In this document: positions 1 to 12,574 of the stretch, in pieces | How the letters are laid out: each line of letters opens with the position of its first letter | Numbering within the stretch: position 1 is the stretch's first letter | Source: Chrysomallon squamiferum | Lineage: Eukaryota > Animalia > Mollusca | Assembly (NCBI GenBank): GCA_012295275.1 | Contig: CM022678.1 | Coordinates: forward strand, 8,184,001-8,248,000 | Reading direction: 5' to 3' | DNA: 64,000 nt | Translations under genes and position numbers: made by a program | Notes under the pieces: generated by a model | Databases searched by the model: none | What the model saw: only the letters and a program-made list of their open reading frames with translations | Told to the model about the DNA's origin: nothing

Positions 1-2
1 GT

Positions 3-173
3 GAAGTTTGTGCAAAATGTTTTTCACACAGGTGGTATCTCAAACTTCACGGAAAGATCCATACTGGTGAAAAGTCTTTCAAATGTGAAATTTGTGCGAA
101 ATGTTTCTCACGACGAGATGTTCTAAAAAGTCATATGAAGATGCACAGTGGTGAGAAAGATTTTAAATATTGA
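3..173 (+). CDS. 3' end of a C2H2 zinc-finger gene (partial, runs off the window start); paralog of the 8731-9468 gene
   Basis: Manual translation [59 protein letters not shown] at 171-173; near-identical to 9298-9468. Confidence 0.85.
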   Translation, partial: EVCAKCFSHRWYLKLHGKIHTGEKSFKCEICAKCFSRRDVLKSHMKMHSGEKDFKY

Positions 174-1508
174 GTTGGTAGGAAATATTTCCAAAACGTT
201 GGTATCTAAAATATCACACGACGTCCATTTTTTATTAGAAACGTTTGGGAGATGGCTGATGATAACTGAAAATGAAGTGATAATTTTTGAAATTCAGAAA
301 AACCGTAACCATTAAATATAATATTGTATAATAGACAAAATTTAACAAGTTAATGAAGAATACGAGTTTTGATTAGTTTGCTAGATAAGAAATCTCAAAA
401 AGAAAATCAGACTAACTACTTCTACTACTAGCACTTGTATTATTAGTGCTTTTACTGTTGATCCAAATATTACCACTGCTACTATTACAACATCAGGGCA
501 GTGGATATTGGACGTCATACCAACTTTCATCAGTTCCTGTTACTGTTATAACAGATTATCTTAATTTCAGAAACATTGTTTTCTCTTCATGCTGATCTGT
601 TTTTGTGTGTGTTTGGGTACATACATTCCAACATCCATTATGTTTTTTTTGAATATCTTTGTTTTTGTAATTATGTATACGTGTATTTTGTGAGCAGCGA
701 GGTCTTCTTCATTTTACAAATATAGAAAACTGAGCGAAATAAGGAAATAAATCCAAATGCATCAAACCGATGACAGTAATATACCTAGTATACGTGTTTA
801 AGTGATAGAATCATCTTAAGCAGCATTTCGTTCAACTGAAACTGTAGGGCTATTTCACTTATGTGGAAACTGAATTCAGGAACATTTCCCATGGAATACA
901 AATGTATACAGATAGATAAAATGATATAAAGACATACACAGATGAACACAGATACAAACATAATAAAGCCATATAGACAGACATACGTTAGGATCAGTTT
1001 TAAGAGTTTCGGATAGCAGTAACAGAATAGGATGTCTTCATAATAAACAGGAGTAGTTTAGATCTGATAATAAACTAGACATTTTAATATTTTTGATTCC
1101 GGGAGTCTTCAGTAATAGCGTGTAATGTCTCACTAATTTAATGATGAAAATTTACTTGAAAATATGAAAAATATCTCGTATCTAAATTGAAGTATTTTAC
1201 AGCTTGTAAATGAAGACAAAAGTTAAGAAATGTTCTATAGCGTTCTAGTTTTCTCTACTTTTACATATCGCTTCACTGATTGGAGATGTTAAAAATTTCA
1301 ACGTAGTACCATTATCATTCTTGGGGATTGGTCGTTCAATTTATATATATATATTGTCGCAGTGATAAACTTCCTATATTAAAATTAGGAAAGAAACGTT
1401 ATACAACACTAAGAATTAACGACACTTTATTAGCATTTACTGCCATACTGAGAAAACACTCATTACAGTTTAAACAAACGAACCTGCTATGGATAAATAA
1501 ACAGGAGG

Positions 1509-1597
1509 ATAGTGGTGAGAAATGTGAAATTTGTGGAACATTTTTCACACGACATGGACGTGTAAAATTAAGTGGACACAAACGTTTTAATAGTTAA
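1509..1597 (+). pseudogene. Single-finger ZNF remnant
   Basis: SGEKCEICGTFFTRHGRVK...; homologous to 16731-16869. Confidence 0.6.
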
Positions 1598-2140
1598 ATA
1601 TTAAGTAGATGATTGATGGTTAATTATTTTTATGACGACTCTTGAACAGTAAATCCTTTTTACTTTAAATTTTTCAATTCTCGGATTAATATCTATGTAG
1701 TCAAGATTATTTTGTAAAAGTATTAATTTTCATATTAACAGTATATAAAAGATTATTAAATTTTGTGAAATAAAAAGAAAGAGCAAACCATGAATGTTTT
1801 GTTCAGTATTTTTATTGTTTAATTTTATGTAAGATTTTAAAACTGCTCTAACAGTACGACTGTTGTGACATCTACAGAAACCACTGCAAATATTATAACT
1901 CCTGCTACCCATTCTGTGAAAAAAATTCTTTGTACCACAATTACTACTATTAATTTTTTGACCAGAAATCCTGAGTTTTTGGCCGTTAATCCGTACATGT
2001 GTGTATGTACACAAACGCACACACATGCATGTGTATTTGTTTTTGATTTTTATCAGAACAGTAATCATAATAAAATTTAAATTAAAATGTCGGCATCTGA
2101 AACTAAGTAATAATAATAAAAACTATATAAAAGTAAATGA

Positions 2141-2420
2141 AGACAGAAATATCGGTCTGGTTCGTTTTTGTTGCCGTTCCGATGAAGTGGGTCTGGTTAT
2201 AGCCGTGTAACAAAATAATACTGTTCTTTGTGATATTAGAGTGCGCGCTTTAACCTGAAGGAAATTTGATAGACTACAACGTTGAGGGAGGGGGAGATAA
2301 ACCACGGAATTGCTATTAAGACGAGACACCTAACGTGTTTCACGTACATTTTGGAAATAAATGGAAGGAAAGAAATAATTAAACACCAAATCAGGTAATC
2401 TAGAAGACATTTGCTGTAAA
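2141..2420. promoter_or_regulatory. Conserved CpG-enriched module (10 copies in window), candidate regulatory element
   Basis: Core agagtgc(g/a)c ... GGGGGAGATAAACC(A/T)CGGAATTGC at ~2141, 11411, 17419, 21900, 32035, 43190, 45752, 53392, 55972, 63294. Function inferred only. Confidence 0.4.
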
Positions 2421-2974
2421 TTGTTCTAAGAATTTTTCGCAAAACATGAAGATAGTTCGTTTCGTGTTAAATAGTGACGTGGTATTCTTTATTTACGTTG
2501 TGTACCTATAATCGGTTATTTTAATAGTAAAGTCTGTTAAAGATTGCTGTGTTTTTATTACTTATATACAGCATAAAACTAATTAAATAATTTTCACATG
2601 GCAATAAATACAAACATTTGTTCAAGAATAAACATCGACTGCATAAACTAGTCCATTGGAAACATTGTAACTGTTGTTTGTATTTAGCGTACGGTTGTAG
2701 ATTAACACTTTAAATCACTCAAATGTATCATTAATACATATTTGTAAGAATCGATCACATAATGTCTTTTAACAGCCTGGTTTCCCCATACTTTGGTACA
2801 TGAATATATCTTACAGAAATCAGATTCATCTAGTATACATTTTTTAAAACAAAAAGTTAAATGTCATCTAGCATTTCTAATGTGATGACTTCCATACAGT
2901 AATATACATATATATATATATACAATCTTATGAGTTCATAAATTAAATTCTCTACCTTCTTCTTTTCTCAGCAT

Positions 2975-4676
2975 AGAAAACAGGCTTTGAAGATCAACAG
3001 ACTGAATATTTTTTGGTATTTACAAGTGATCCAGAATTACTTCAGACAAGTTCAAGGTACTTAGCTTGAGTTATAATTTCTGTAATTAAATAATTAACAA
3101 TGCAAATAAGTTGATGGACATTAACATGATAAAAGTCTTACACAAGAATTTGCGTTACTGGATGTATTTACACGTTTCATACCTGAATCAAATCCTGCTT
3201 CCAAATTGTTAAAGCATGGTACATATTTTTCTTATTTCCTTTTACTGAATTAATAGAGAACATATTTTATATAGGATCCGTCTCAAAAACAACAATACTA
3301 ATTCAATTTGATCAGACAATACTGTCAATTCTTTGTTAGTGATGGATGTAAATAATAGTCTCAAACATCTGCTTGGTAATAGTACAGATACGATTGCTTG
3401 CCTCATTGCTTGTATTTTCTACATTTCCTTCTAGTCAAGCTGGAGGAATTACCGCTACAGCAAATACAAACTAAATGAAAGCACATAATCACAATGATAT
3501 AATTAAGAAAGTTTAATCTAGGTTTGAAAATGAAATCTTTTTGGTTATGTTGTTAGTATTTTTATGGTCATGATAAACAATATGAACAAATTAAGATAGT
3601 AATAGTTTTAACTTAATATGCATATAATTTCAGTTAATTCCCAGTGAAAACGACATGATTACAGAACCTTTGAGTTCTACAACCCACATGTAAATAACTG
3701 ACATGTCAGATGTTTATAATATTATCTTCCCTATATATATACATTTGGGGTAAAGAGTGCTTTTCGAATACAGGAACCAGTTGTAGTATATTTAGAAATC
3801 TATTAATATCCTGTTTCTAGAATTATTTACATTTCCAAGGTAAAGCAAAATAATGTCATATTTCCTATGGTATCTGGTACATGGTTTAATATTGAAAGTG
3901 AACATATATTTACAAAGGATCCATACTCACTTAAGAAAAGTTCAAGGTATTTAGCTTAAGTTATAATTTCTGTACTAAATAATTAACCATGGAAATAACT
4001 TGATGTTCACTAACATGATAAAGGTCTTACACAAGAATTTGTCTTACTGGATATCTTTACAAGTTTCATACCTGAATCAAATGCTCCTTCAAAACTGTTA
4101 AATCATGGTATATATTTTTCTGATTTCCTTTTAGTAAATTAATAGAAAACATATTTTATATTGGATTCTTCTTAAAAACAACAATACTAATTCAATTTGA
4201 TCAGACAATACTGTCAATTCTTTGTTAGTGATGGATGGAAATAATATTTTGAAACATCTTAATAGTGTAATTGCTTGGTAATAGTACAGATAACATTTCT
4301 TACCTCAGTTCTTGTATTACCTTCATTTCCTTCTAGTCAAGCTGTAGGAATAACTGTTATATCAAATATAACATTAAATGAAAGAACATAATCAGAATGA
4401 TATAATTAAGTAAATTAATGTAAATTTGAAAGTGAAATCTTTTTGGTTATGGTGTTAGGATTTTTATACTCATGATAAACAACATAAACAAATTAAGATG
4501 GTAATAGTTTTTACTTAACATGTAGAGGATTTCAGTTAATTCCCAGTGAAAACCGAGATGATTACAGAACCTATAAGTTTTACAACCCACCATCTAAATA
4601 ACTGACATGTCAGCTGTTTGATCACTTCCTTTATTTAAATTCTGTACAGTGACTATGACACCAACTAGAAATTTTG

Positions 4677-4717
<41 letters not shown>

Positions 4718-4915
4718 ACATTTGGGGGAAAAAGTGGTTTTGGAATACAGGAACCAAGTATAGTATATTTAGAAATCCATTAATCTGTTTTTAGAACAGT
4801 TTATATTTCTAAGATAAAGGAAAAGAAAGAAAGAAATGTTGTATTGATTTTAGCAGATCCTATTTTATTGTTAAGAGATTATCACTACTGTTCTAAAGTT
4901 TATCACTTTACTGGT
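2975..4915 (-). mobile_element. Decayed non-LTR retrotransposon reverse-transcriptase region, two tandem partial copies
   Basis: Minus strand gives degenerate equivalents of RT N-terminal motifs (FTxIxNxxL, KKxYxxxxxFxxAFDS). Boundaries approximate. Confidence 0.55.
4679..4714 (+). repeat. (AT)n microsatellite
   Basis: Direct reading. Confidence 0.93.
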
Positions 4916-4919
4916 GAGG

Positions 4920-5385
4920 AGCTGTGCTTTTGATGTTGTTATTAATGTAAATAATATATCAAATTCTTGGTTATCTTGTATATAAGCTATACTGGATGAA
5001 TGTGGTTTAGGTAACACATATTTATGTATAAATATTGAACCAATAATGTGAAACTTCCTGTGGTATCTGATAAATGGTTTAACATTGAAAGGGAAGAGTG
5101 AATATATCATTTATGTAATTCTGATATTGGTGATGAGCTCTACTGTATTTTTGACTGTACATTTTTGTCTTTTGAGAGAAGTAAATTATACCACATTATT
5201 ATACTCTTAGACCATGTACAATAACATTAAACATTTATTTTCTGGTCTAAAAAGGACTTCACTTTTGTATAAACTTGCCTTTGAGAGAATCAGTCTTGTG
5301 GGTTAAATAAAAATTAATACGTTTTGTATCACTATAGAAAATACTGTTTAAATTGGATTTAGTTTATGTATTCTCAATACTGCTC
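4920..5385 (+). mobile_element. Decayed LINE ORF2 C-terminus
   Basis: KLPVVS..WFNIER..YHLCNSDIGDE..IFDCTF motif; homologous to 24650-24960 and 37362-37620. Confidence 0.65.
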
Positions 5386-7439
5386 GCATTGCAGTCTATA
5401 GAGAAAGAAATTTCTTGTCTTGTTTCAAAAGAAATTTTAAGTTGTAATTAGGGACAGTAAAATAGACACAATATGGAGACTGAAAACAATTAATGCTGCA
5501 GGCGAAACTTTGTATGTGCTTAGATTTGAATATATTTATCTTAGTGGACTGCTGCACCTTCTTATAAATAAAATTGTTAGTTGACATTAACTGATTTAGT
5601 CAACTGGTATGTCAGATAAAAACAATCGAGGTGTGAAACCTTAATACAGAAGTGATAATTTATCAAATAAAAGAGAAAAAGAAATGAAAACTCATTTTAG
5701 TGTTTTTAATTCTTTAATTTTAACTAATATTTTATTAATTCTGAGACCAGTTTTATTACTATGGCATCAAATACTGCTAGCAACTAATACTAAGTACTAC
5801 TAACTCAATATTCAATATTCATATATTAAAATTACTGACAACTACTATGTATAACTGAAAATAAAAGTGATAATGTGTCAAATACTAACCATGAAATATA
5901 ATATATTGTTTTGTACAATGAAGAATACGAGTTTTGATTAGTTTGATAGATAACAAATCTCAAATAGAAAGTCCATCTAACTATTTCGACTACTAGCACT
6001 AGTATTATTAGTGCTTTTACTGTTGCCACTAGCACTACCACTGCTACTATTACAACATCAGCGCAGTGGATATTGGACGTCATGTCAACTTTCATCAATT
6101 CCTTGTTATTGTTGGTAACAGATTATCTTAATTTCAGAAATATTGTTTTTTTTTCATGTTTGTCTCTGTGTCTGTTTTTTATTTGTATGGGTATATAATT
6201 CCAAATCCACTATGGCGTTTTTTATTTGTTTTGTGTTTGTATTTATGTATGCGTGTTTTTACTAGAAGCATTGGCACTAATACTAGTACTGCTGCTGTAT
6301 ATTACTGTAACTGCGTGTGACTGTTTTACTAACATAATAATTTTGTACACTATATTTTTTTTTGAGCAGCGACGTCTTCTTCATTTTCGAAAAATAGAAA
6401 ACCTGAATCAAAAGACGAAAATATATCCAAAATCATCCTTTGATGGAACTTTAAAAACAAAATGAAACCAATGATAATAATGATAATAATGTACACATTA
6501 CGTTTCTAAATGATAGAATCATCTTAAGCAGGATTTCGTTTAACTTAAAATGTACGGCGATTTCACCTATGGGCAAAATGAATTTAGGAAAATTTCGTAT
6601 TTAATAGAAATATATACAGATAGATAAAATTGTATAACATACCCAGGTGAACACAGATACAAACGAACATAATAAAGACATATAGACAAAAGCACATATT
6701 AGGATAAACTTTTAGGGTTTCTGGTAGCACTCTATATGGTTAGACAGGCTTGAAAATCAACAGGAATAGTTTAGAAATGAATATTACTTCGATATTTTAT
6801 TATTATTTTTTTTAGTTCCGCGAGTCTTCAGTAATCACCTACAATGTCAATATAATTAAAAGATTAAAATCTAATCCAAAACATGAAGAATTTTTCATAT
6901 CAAAATTCAAGTATACAACGGTCTTCAATGAAGAGAAAAATGAAGAAAATGTTGTTCTACTACACTCGCTTTGTCTACTTTTACATATCACTGCTTTGTA
7001 GATTGTTTTAAATTTCAACGGGCTACAATTATCACTTTTGCGAACTGACCGTTCAGATTTTATATGTATTGTGATAGTGGCAAACGTTCTATATTCAAAT
7101 TAGGGAAAAAACGTTATACAACACTGAAGCACGAGCAACATTTTAAGCAGTTACTGTCATAATGGAAAACGTAGTATATTCGTAACAAAACACTACCTAA
7201 TGAACGACACTCATTACACTTTAAACAGAAAATCCTGCTAATGATAAATAAACTTTAATTAAAACCTGCCTACATCACAAATCAGCTGAACAAACAAACA
7301 ACAATAAACAATATAATACGTAATAAACAAGCTAAAAAGTTCATAATAATTACGACACAAAGAAACGGTGATCAGTTAAAACCTGTAACAATCAAACCTC
7401 TACTAAGACGCACACGTAATTCATCTGAGTTGTGTCGTA

Positions 7440-7649
7440 TATAAACCGAGTATAGTTCAGATCTTAGATCTGCTACAGACACGCCCGCTGACCTGTCAGA
7501 AAGCGAGCCTGCTGTAGACGTTCTTCACAACGGCTTGCTCGGATCAGCACGTTAATTTTGTTCAAGGTTCAAGATCTAGACACACATCTGACTGAGAAAT
7601 AAACGAAAGACGCACAATAACTCATTTCTCGTTGAATTTTCTAGTAAGT
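7440..7649 (+). promoter_or_regulatory. Candidate promoter and non-coding first exon ending at a splice donor
   Basis: CpG-rich patch with an inverted repeat (7469-7518) and AGATCT(A)GA motifs; consensus donor GTAAGT at 7644-7649; matching acceptor ttttcAG at 8420-8421. Conserved upstream of copies A, B and C. Confidence 0.55.
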
Positions 7650-8399
7650 CATTTTAGGTACTTTTATTTTCATTCCATTATACTCATGTCTATTCGCTTC
7701 AATATTATTTCAGTGTTAGAATATTTACTAGAATCCAACATTTATTTAAAATCAGCGATTCTTGGAATAAACCTGACACATGAATAACATTTACAAACTG
7801 TTTGTGATAATCATTAACAGATAGAGCTTTGGCAAATAAATTTGACTGTGTGTATATAAACTAAATTCTCTCTCTCTCTCTATATTTTTTTAGAAACTGT
7901 CTAAAGCTTAGCTGATTGAATCTTTCTTGGAATGTAGGAAGGATCCAGATCTAGTCAAGCTATTTGACTCCAATAACAATTTTCATTTTATTGTTTTTAT
8001 ATATGAGTCTTAGAACATTATTTTGTATTCAAAAATTGCTTCTTCAAAAACAGTAAGTCTTAGATACTTCCAGGTTTTCCAATGTAATTCAAACGATCGC
8101 AGTTGGTGTTGTAAATAATCTGCTGTTTCCATTAATAGTACTGTATAGAAATTATAATAATAATAATTATAATAACGATGTAGATTATCAAAAAAGAAAA
8201 GAAAAGAAAAAAAAAAAAAAAAACCAAGAAAAAAAAAGAAAAAATGTTACCTTCAAAATTGTATCAGCTGAAAATATTACTACATTATTTATGTCGAATC
8301 AAAACGAAAAAGATCCAAGTAATTAAAAATAAACTATTCTATGAAATTATATACTTGAATAAAATATGCCACGTTAAATATTGCATTCCCTTAGTTTCT

Positions 8400-8421
8400 T
8401 ATTTCTATTTTATGTTTTCAG
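8400..8421 (+). promoter_or_regulatory. Conserved 3' splice acceptor upstream of ZNF ORFs
   Basis: Pyrimidine tract + TTTTCAG followed by a conserved block; AG ends at 8421, 14081, 18858, 26412, 27152, 40350, 51311, 61045. Confidence 0.7.
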
Positions 8422-8730
8422 ATAAGAATAAGAAAGTCAGAACAAAGAATTCAGGACCTTGATGAAAGAGAATAAAACGTGAAGTGAGAAAAATAATTCC
8501 GTCAAATTACAAATTGTTGTTTTAAGAAATATCCCCTTTAGCACTTCAGCAGCTATTAATTCACTCTGTTTTTTATATCTCGTTACATTACATTCAGCTG
8601 ATTTGTGAACCCTCTAGTAAGATATAACTATAGTAGTCGTGATAACCTAATGAAATAAAGCAGAGAGAAAGAGACAAGATTGATGTATGTAAGGAATGAA
8701 TTTTCTAAAAATGAGAATATAAAAATTAAC

Positions 8731-9468
8731 ATGGCAAATCAAAGTAATCAAGAATTATTCAGCATCCATTCTGGTGAGAAACCTTTTAAATGCGATGTTT
8801 GTGCAAAATGTTTCTCACAACGAATACATGTGAAAAATCATATGACAATCCATACTGGACGGAAAGCTTTTAAATGTGAAGCTTGTGCAAAATGTTTCTC
8901 AGTACTTGGCGGTTTAAAACGTCATATGATAGTCCACTCTGGTGAGAAGCCTTTTAAATGTGAAGTTTGTGCAAAATGTTTTTCACAAAGGTGGTATCTC
9001 AAACGTCACATAAAGATCCATACTTGTGAAAAGTCTTTCAAATGTGAAATTTGTTCAAAATATTTCTCCCTAAGCTCGATTTTAAAATGCCATATGAAGA
9101 TCCATACTGGAGAGAAACCTTTTAAATGTGAAGTTTGTGCAAAATGTTTTTCACACAGGTGGTGTCTCAAACTTCACGTAAAGATCCATACTGGGGAAAA
9201 ATCTTTCAAATGTGAAATTTGTGCAAAATGTTTCTCACGGAGCTCGATTTTAAAATGTCATATGAAGATCCATACTGGAGAGAAACCTTTCAAATGTGAA
9301 GTTTGTGAAAAACATTTTTCACACAGGTGGTATCTCAAACTTCACGTAAAGATCCATACTGGTGAAAAGTCTTTCAAATGTGAAATTTGTGCGAAATGTT
9401 TCTCACGAGGAGATGTTCTAAAAAGCCATATGAAGATGCATAGTGGTGAGAAACATTTTACATATTGA
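8731..9468 (+). CDS. C2H2 zinc-finger protein, 8 tandem fingers, no effector domain
   Basis: ORF track 8680..9468 begins at a TTG; ATG 8731 ([19 protein letters not shown]) matches the paralog starts. Eight CxxC-x12-HxxxH units with TGEKPF-type linkers. Confidence 0.9.
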   Translation: MANQSNQELFSIHSGEKPFKCDVCAKCFSQRIHVKNHMTIHTGRKAFKCEACAKCFSVLGGLKRHMIVHSGEKPFKCEVCAKCFSQRWYLKRHIKIHTCEKSFKCEICSKYFSLSSILKCHMKIHTGEKPFKCEVCAKCFSHRWCLKLHVKIHTGEKSFKCEICAKCFSRSSILKCHMKIHTGEKPFKCEVCEKHFSHRWYLKLHVKIHTGEKSFKCEICAKCFSRGDVLKSHMKMHSGEKHFTY

Positions 9469-10592
9469 GTTGGTAGGAAATATTTCCAAAACGTTGGTAT
9501 CTAAAATATCACAAAACGTCCATTTTTTTATTACAAACGTTTGGGAGATGGCTGATGATAACTGAAAATGAAGTGATAATTTGTGAAATTCAGAAAAAAC
9601 GTATCCATTAAATATAATATTGTATGATAGACAAAATTTAACAAGTTAATGAAGTTTTGATTAGTTTGCTAGATAAGAAATCTCAAATAGAAAATTAGAC
9701 TAACTACTTCTACTACTAGCACTTGTATTATTACTGCTTTTACTGTTGGTCCAAATATTACCACTGCTACTACATCAGGGCAGTGGATATTGGACGTCAT
9801 ACCAACTTTCATCAGTTCCTGTTATTATAACAGATTATCTTAATTTCAGAAACATTGTTTTCTCTTCATGCTGGTCTCTGTTTTTGTGTGTGTTTGGGTA
9901 CATACATTCCAATATCCATTATAGTTTTTTTGAATATCTTTGTTTTTGTAATTATGTATACGTGTATTTTGTGAGCAGCGAGGTCTTCTTCATTTTACAA
10001 ATATAGAAAACTGAGCGAAATACGGAAATAAATCCAAATGCATCAAACCGATGACAGTAATATACCTAGTATACGTGTTTAAGTGATAGAATCATCTTAA
10101 GCAGCATTTCGTTGCATTTCGAAACTGTAGGGCTATTTCACTTATGTGCAAACTGAATTCAGGAACATTTCGCATGGAATACAAATATACACAGATAGAT
10201 AAAATTATATAAACACATACACAGATGAACACAGATACAAATATAATAAAGTCATGTAGACAGACAGACGTTAGGATCAGTTTCGGATAGCAGTAAAATA
10301 TTAGGCTGTCTTCAAAATCAACCGGAGTAGTTTAGATCTAGATATTATTTTTGATTCCGGGAGTCTTCAGTAATTGCAATGTCTCACTAAGTAATTGATG
10401 AAAATTTAATCCAAAACATGAAAAATATCTCGTATCTAAATTGAAGTATTTTACAGCTTGTAAATGAAGACAAAAGTTAAGAAATGTTCTATAGCGTTCT
10501 AGTTTTCTCTACTTTTACATATCGCTTCACTGATTGGAGATGTTAAAAATTTCAACATAGTACCATTATCATTCTTGGGGATTGGTCGTTCA

Positions 10593-10629
<37 letters not shown>

Positions 10630-10780
10630 CGCAGTGGCAAACTTTCTTTATTAAAGTTAGGAAATAAACGTTATACAACACTAAGAATTAACGACACTTT
10701 ATTAGCATTTACTGCCATAGTGAGAACACACTCATTACAGTTTAAACAAACGAACCTGCTATGGATAAATAAACAGGAGG

Positions 10781-10867
10781 ATAGTGGTGAGAAATGTGAA
10801 ATTTGTGCAACATTTTTCACACGACATGGACGTGTAAAACAAGTGGACACAAACCTTTTAATAGTTA
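10781..10867 (+). pseudogene. Single-finger ZNF remnant
   Basis: SGEKCEICATFFTRHGRVK...; homologous to 16731-16869. Confidence 0.6.
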
Positions 10868-12129
10868 AATATTAAGTAGATGATTGATGGTTAATTATTT
10901 TTATGACGACTCTTGAAGAGAGTTGACAGTAAATCCTTTTTACTTTAAATTTCTTGATTCTCGGATTAATATCTATTTTGTAAAAATATCAATTTTCATA
11001 TTAACAGTATATAAAAGATTATTAAATTTTGTGAAATAAAAAGAAAGAGCAAACCATGAATATTTTGTTCAGTATTTTTATTGTTTAATTTTATGTAACA
11101 TTTTATAACTGCTCTAACAGTACGACTGTTGTGACATCTACAAAAACCACTGCAAATATTATAATTACTGCTACCCATTCTGTGAAAAAAATTCTTTGTA
11201 GCACAATTACTACTATTAATTTTTTGACCAGAATTCCTGAGTTTTTGCCGTTAATCCGTACATGTGTGTATGTACACAAACGCACACACACGCATGTATA
11301 TTTGATTTTAATTTTTATAAGAACAGTAATGATAATAAAATTAAAATTAAAATATCCGCATATGAAAATTAGTAATAATAATAAAAACTATATAAAACAA
11401 ACTGAACACAGACAGAAATATCCGTCTGGTTCGTTTCTGTTGCCGTTCCGATGAAGTGGGTCTGGTTATAGCCGTGTAATGAAATAATACTGTTCTTTGT
11501 GACATTAGAGTGCGCGCTTTATCCTGAAGGAAATTTAATAGACTACGAAGTTGAGGAAGGTGGAGATAAATCTCGGAATTGAAATAATTAAACACAAACT
11601 AGTAACACAGTAATCTAGAAGACATTTGCTGTAAAGTGTTCTAAGAATTTTTTGCAAAACATGAAGATAGTTCGTTTCGTGTTATACCCTGTTTACGTTT
11701 TGTACCTATAATCGTTTTTTTTTTTTTTTAAATTTTTTATAGAAACGTCTGTTAAAGATTGCTATATTTTTATTATTACTTAAATACAGCATAGAACTAA
11801 TTAAATAATTTTGAAATGGGAATAAATAGAAATATCTGTTCAAGAATAAATGTCGACTGCATAAACTAGTCCAGTGGAAACATTGTGATTGTAACTATTG
11901 TTTGTATTTAGCGTATGGTTGTAGCTTAACACTTTAAATCACTCAAATATATCATTATTACATATTTGTAACAATCGATCACATAATATTGTTTTAACAG
12001 CATTCTTTGACCATTCTGTGGTACATGAATATTTGTAATGTGATGACATCCATACAGTAATATATATATATATATTTACAATCTTATGAGTTCATAAATT
12101 AAATTCTCTACCTTCTTCATTTCTCATTA

Positions 12130-12570
12130 TAGGAAACAAGCTTTGAAGTTCAACATACTGAATATTTCTTGGTATTTACAAAGGATCCAAACTTATTTAA
12201 GAAAAGTTCAAGGTATTTAGCTTGAGTTATAATTTCTGTAGTAAATAATTAGCAATGCAAATGACTTGATGTTCATTAATAATTAGACAAGGATTTATCT
12301 TACTGGATATCTTTACAAGCTACATACCTGAATCAAATGCTCCTTGAAAATTGTTAAAACATGGTACATATTTTTCTTATTTCGTTTTAGTAAATTAATA
12401 GAAAACATTTTACATAGGATTCTTCTCAAAAACAACAATACTAATTCAGTTTGATGAGACAATACTGGCAATTCTTTGTTAGTGATGAATGTAAATAATA
12501 TCTGAAACATCTGCTTGGTAATAGCATAGATAACAATGCTTGCCTCAGTTCTTGTTGTAGGAATTACTGC
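12130..12570 (-). mobile_element. LINE RT fragment, interrupted by the TIR element
   Basis: Homologous to 2975-3480; minus ORF 12313..12600 reads FTFITNKELPVLSHQTELV...KKNMYH. Confidence 0.55.
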
Positions 12571-12574
12571 TATA

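Noticed and set aside
2290-2312. U1 snRNA similarity (GGGGAGATA..CCA)
   Set aside because: Only ~10 nt match; no ATACTTACCTG 5' end, Sm site or U1 stem-loops.
1730-2442. Recurrent short ORFs (also near 11000-11600, 17000-17600, 43180-46870, 53390-57750)
   Set aside because: They recur only because the DNA is duplicated; frames and stops are not conserved between copies and no domains are recognisable.
8680-8730. TTG start codons in the ORF track (8680, 19138, 41160)
   Set aside because: Bacterial-style starts; homologous ATGs exist at 8731, 19168 and 41163.
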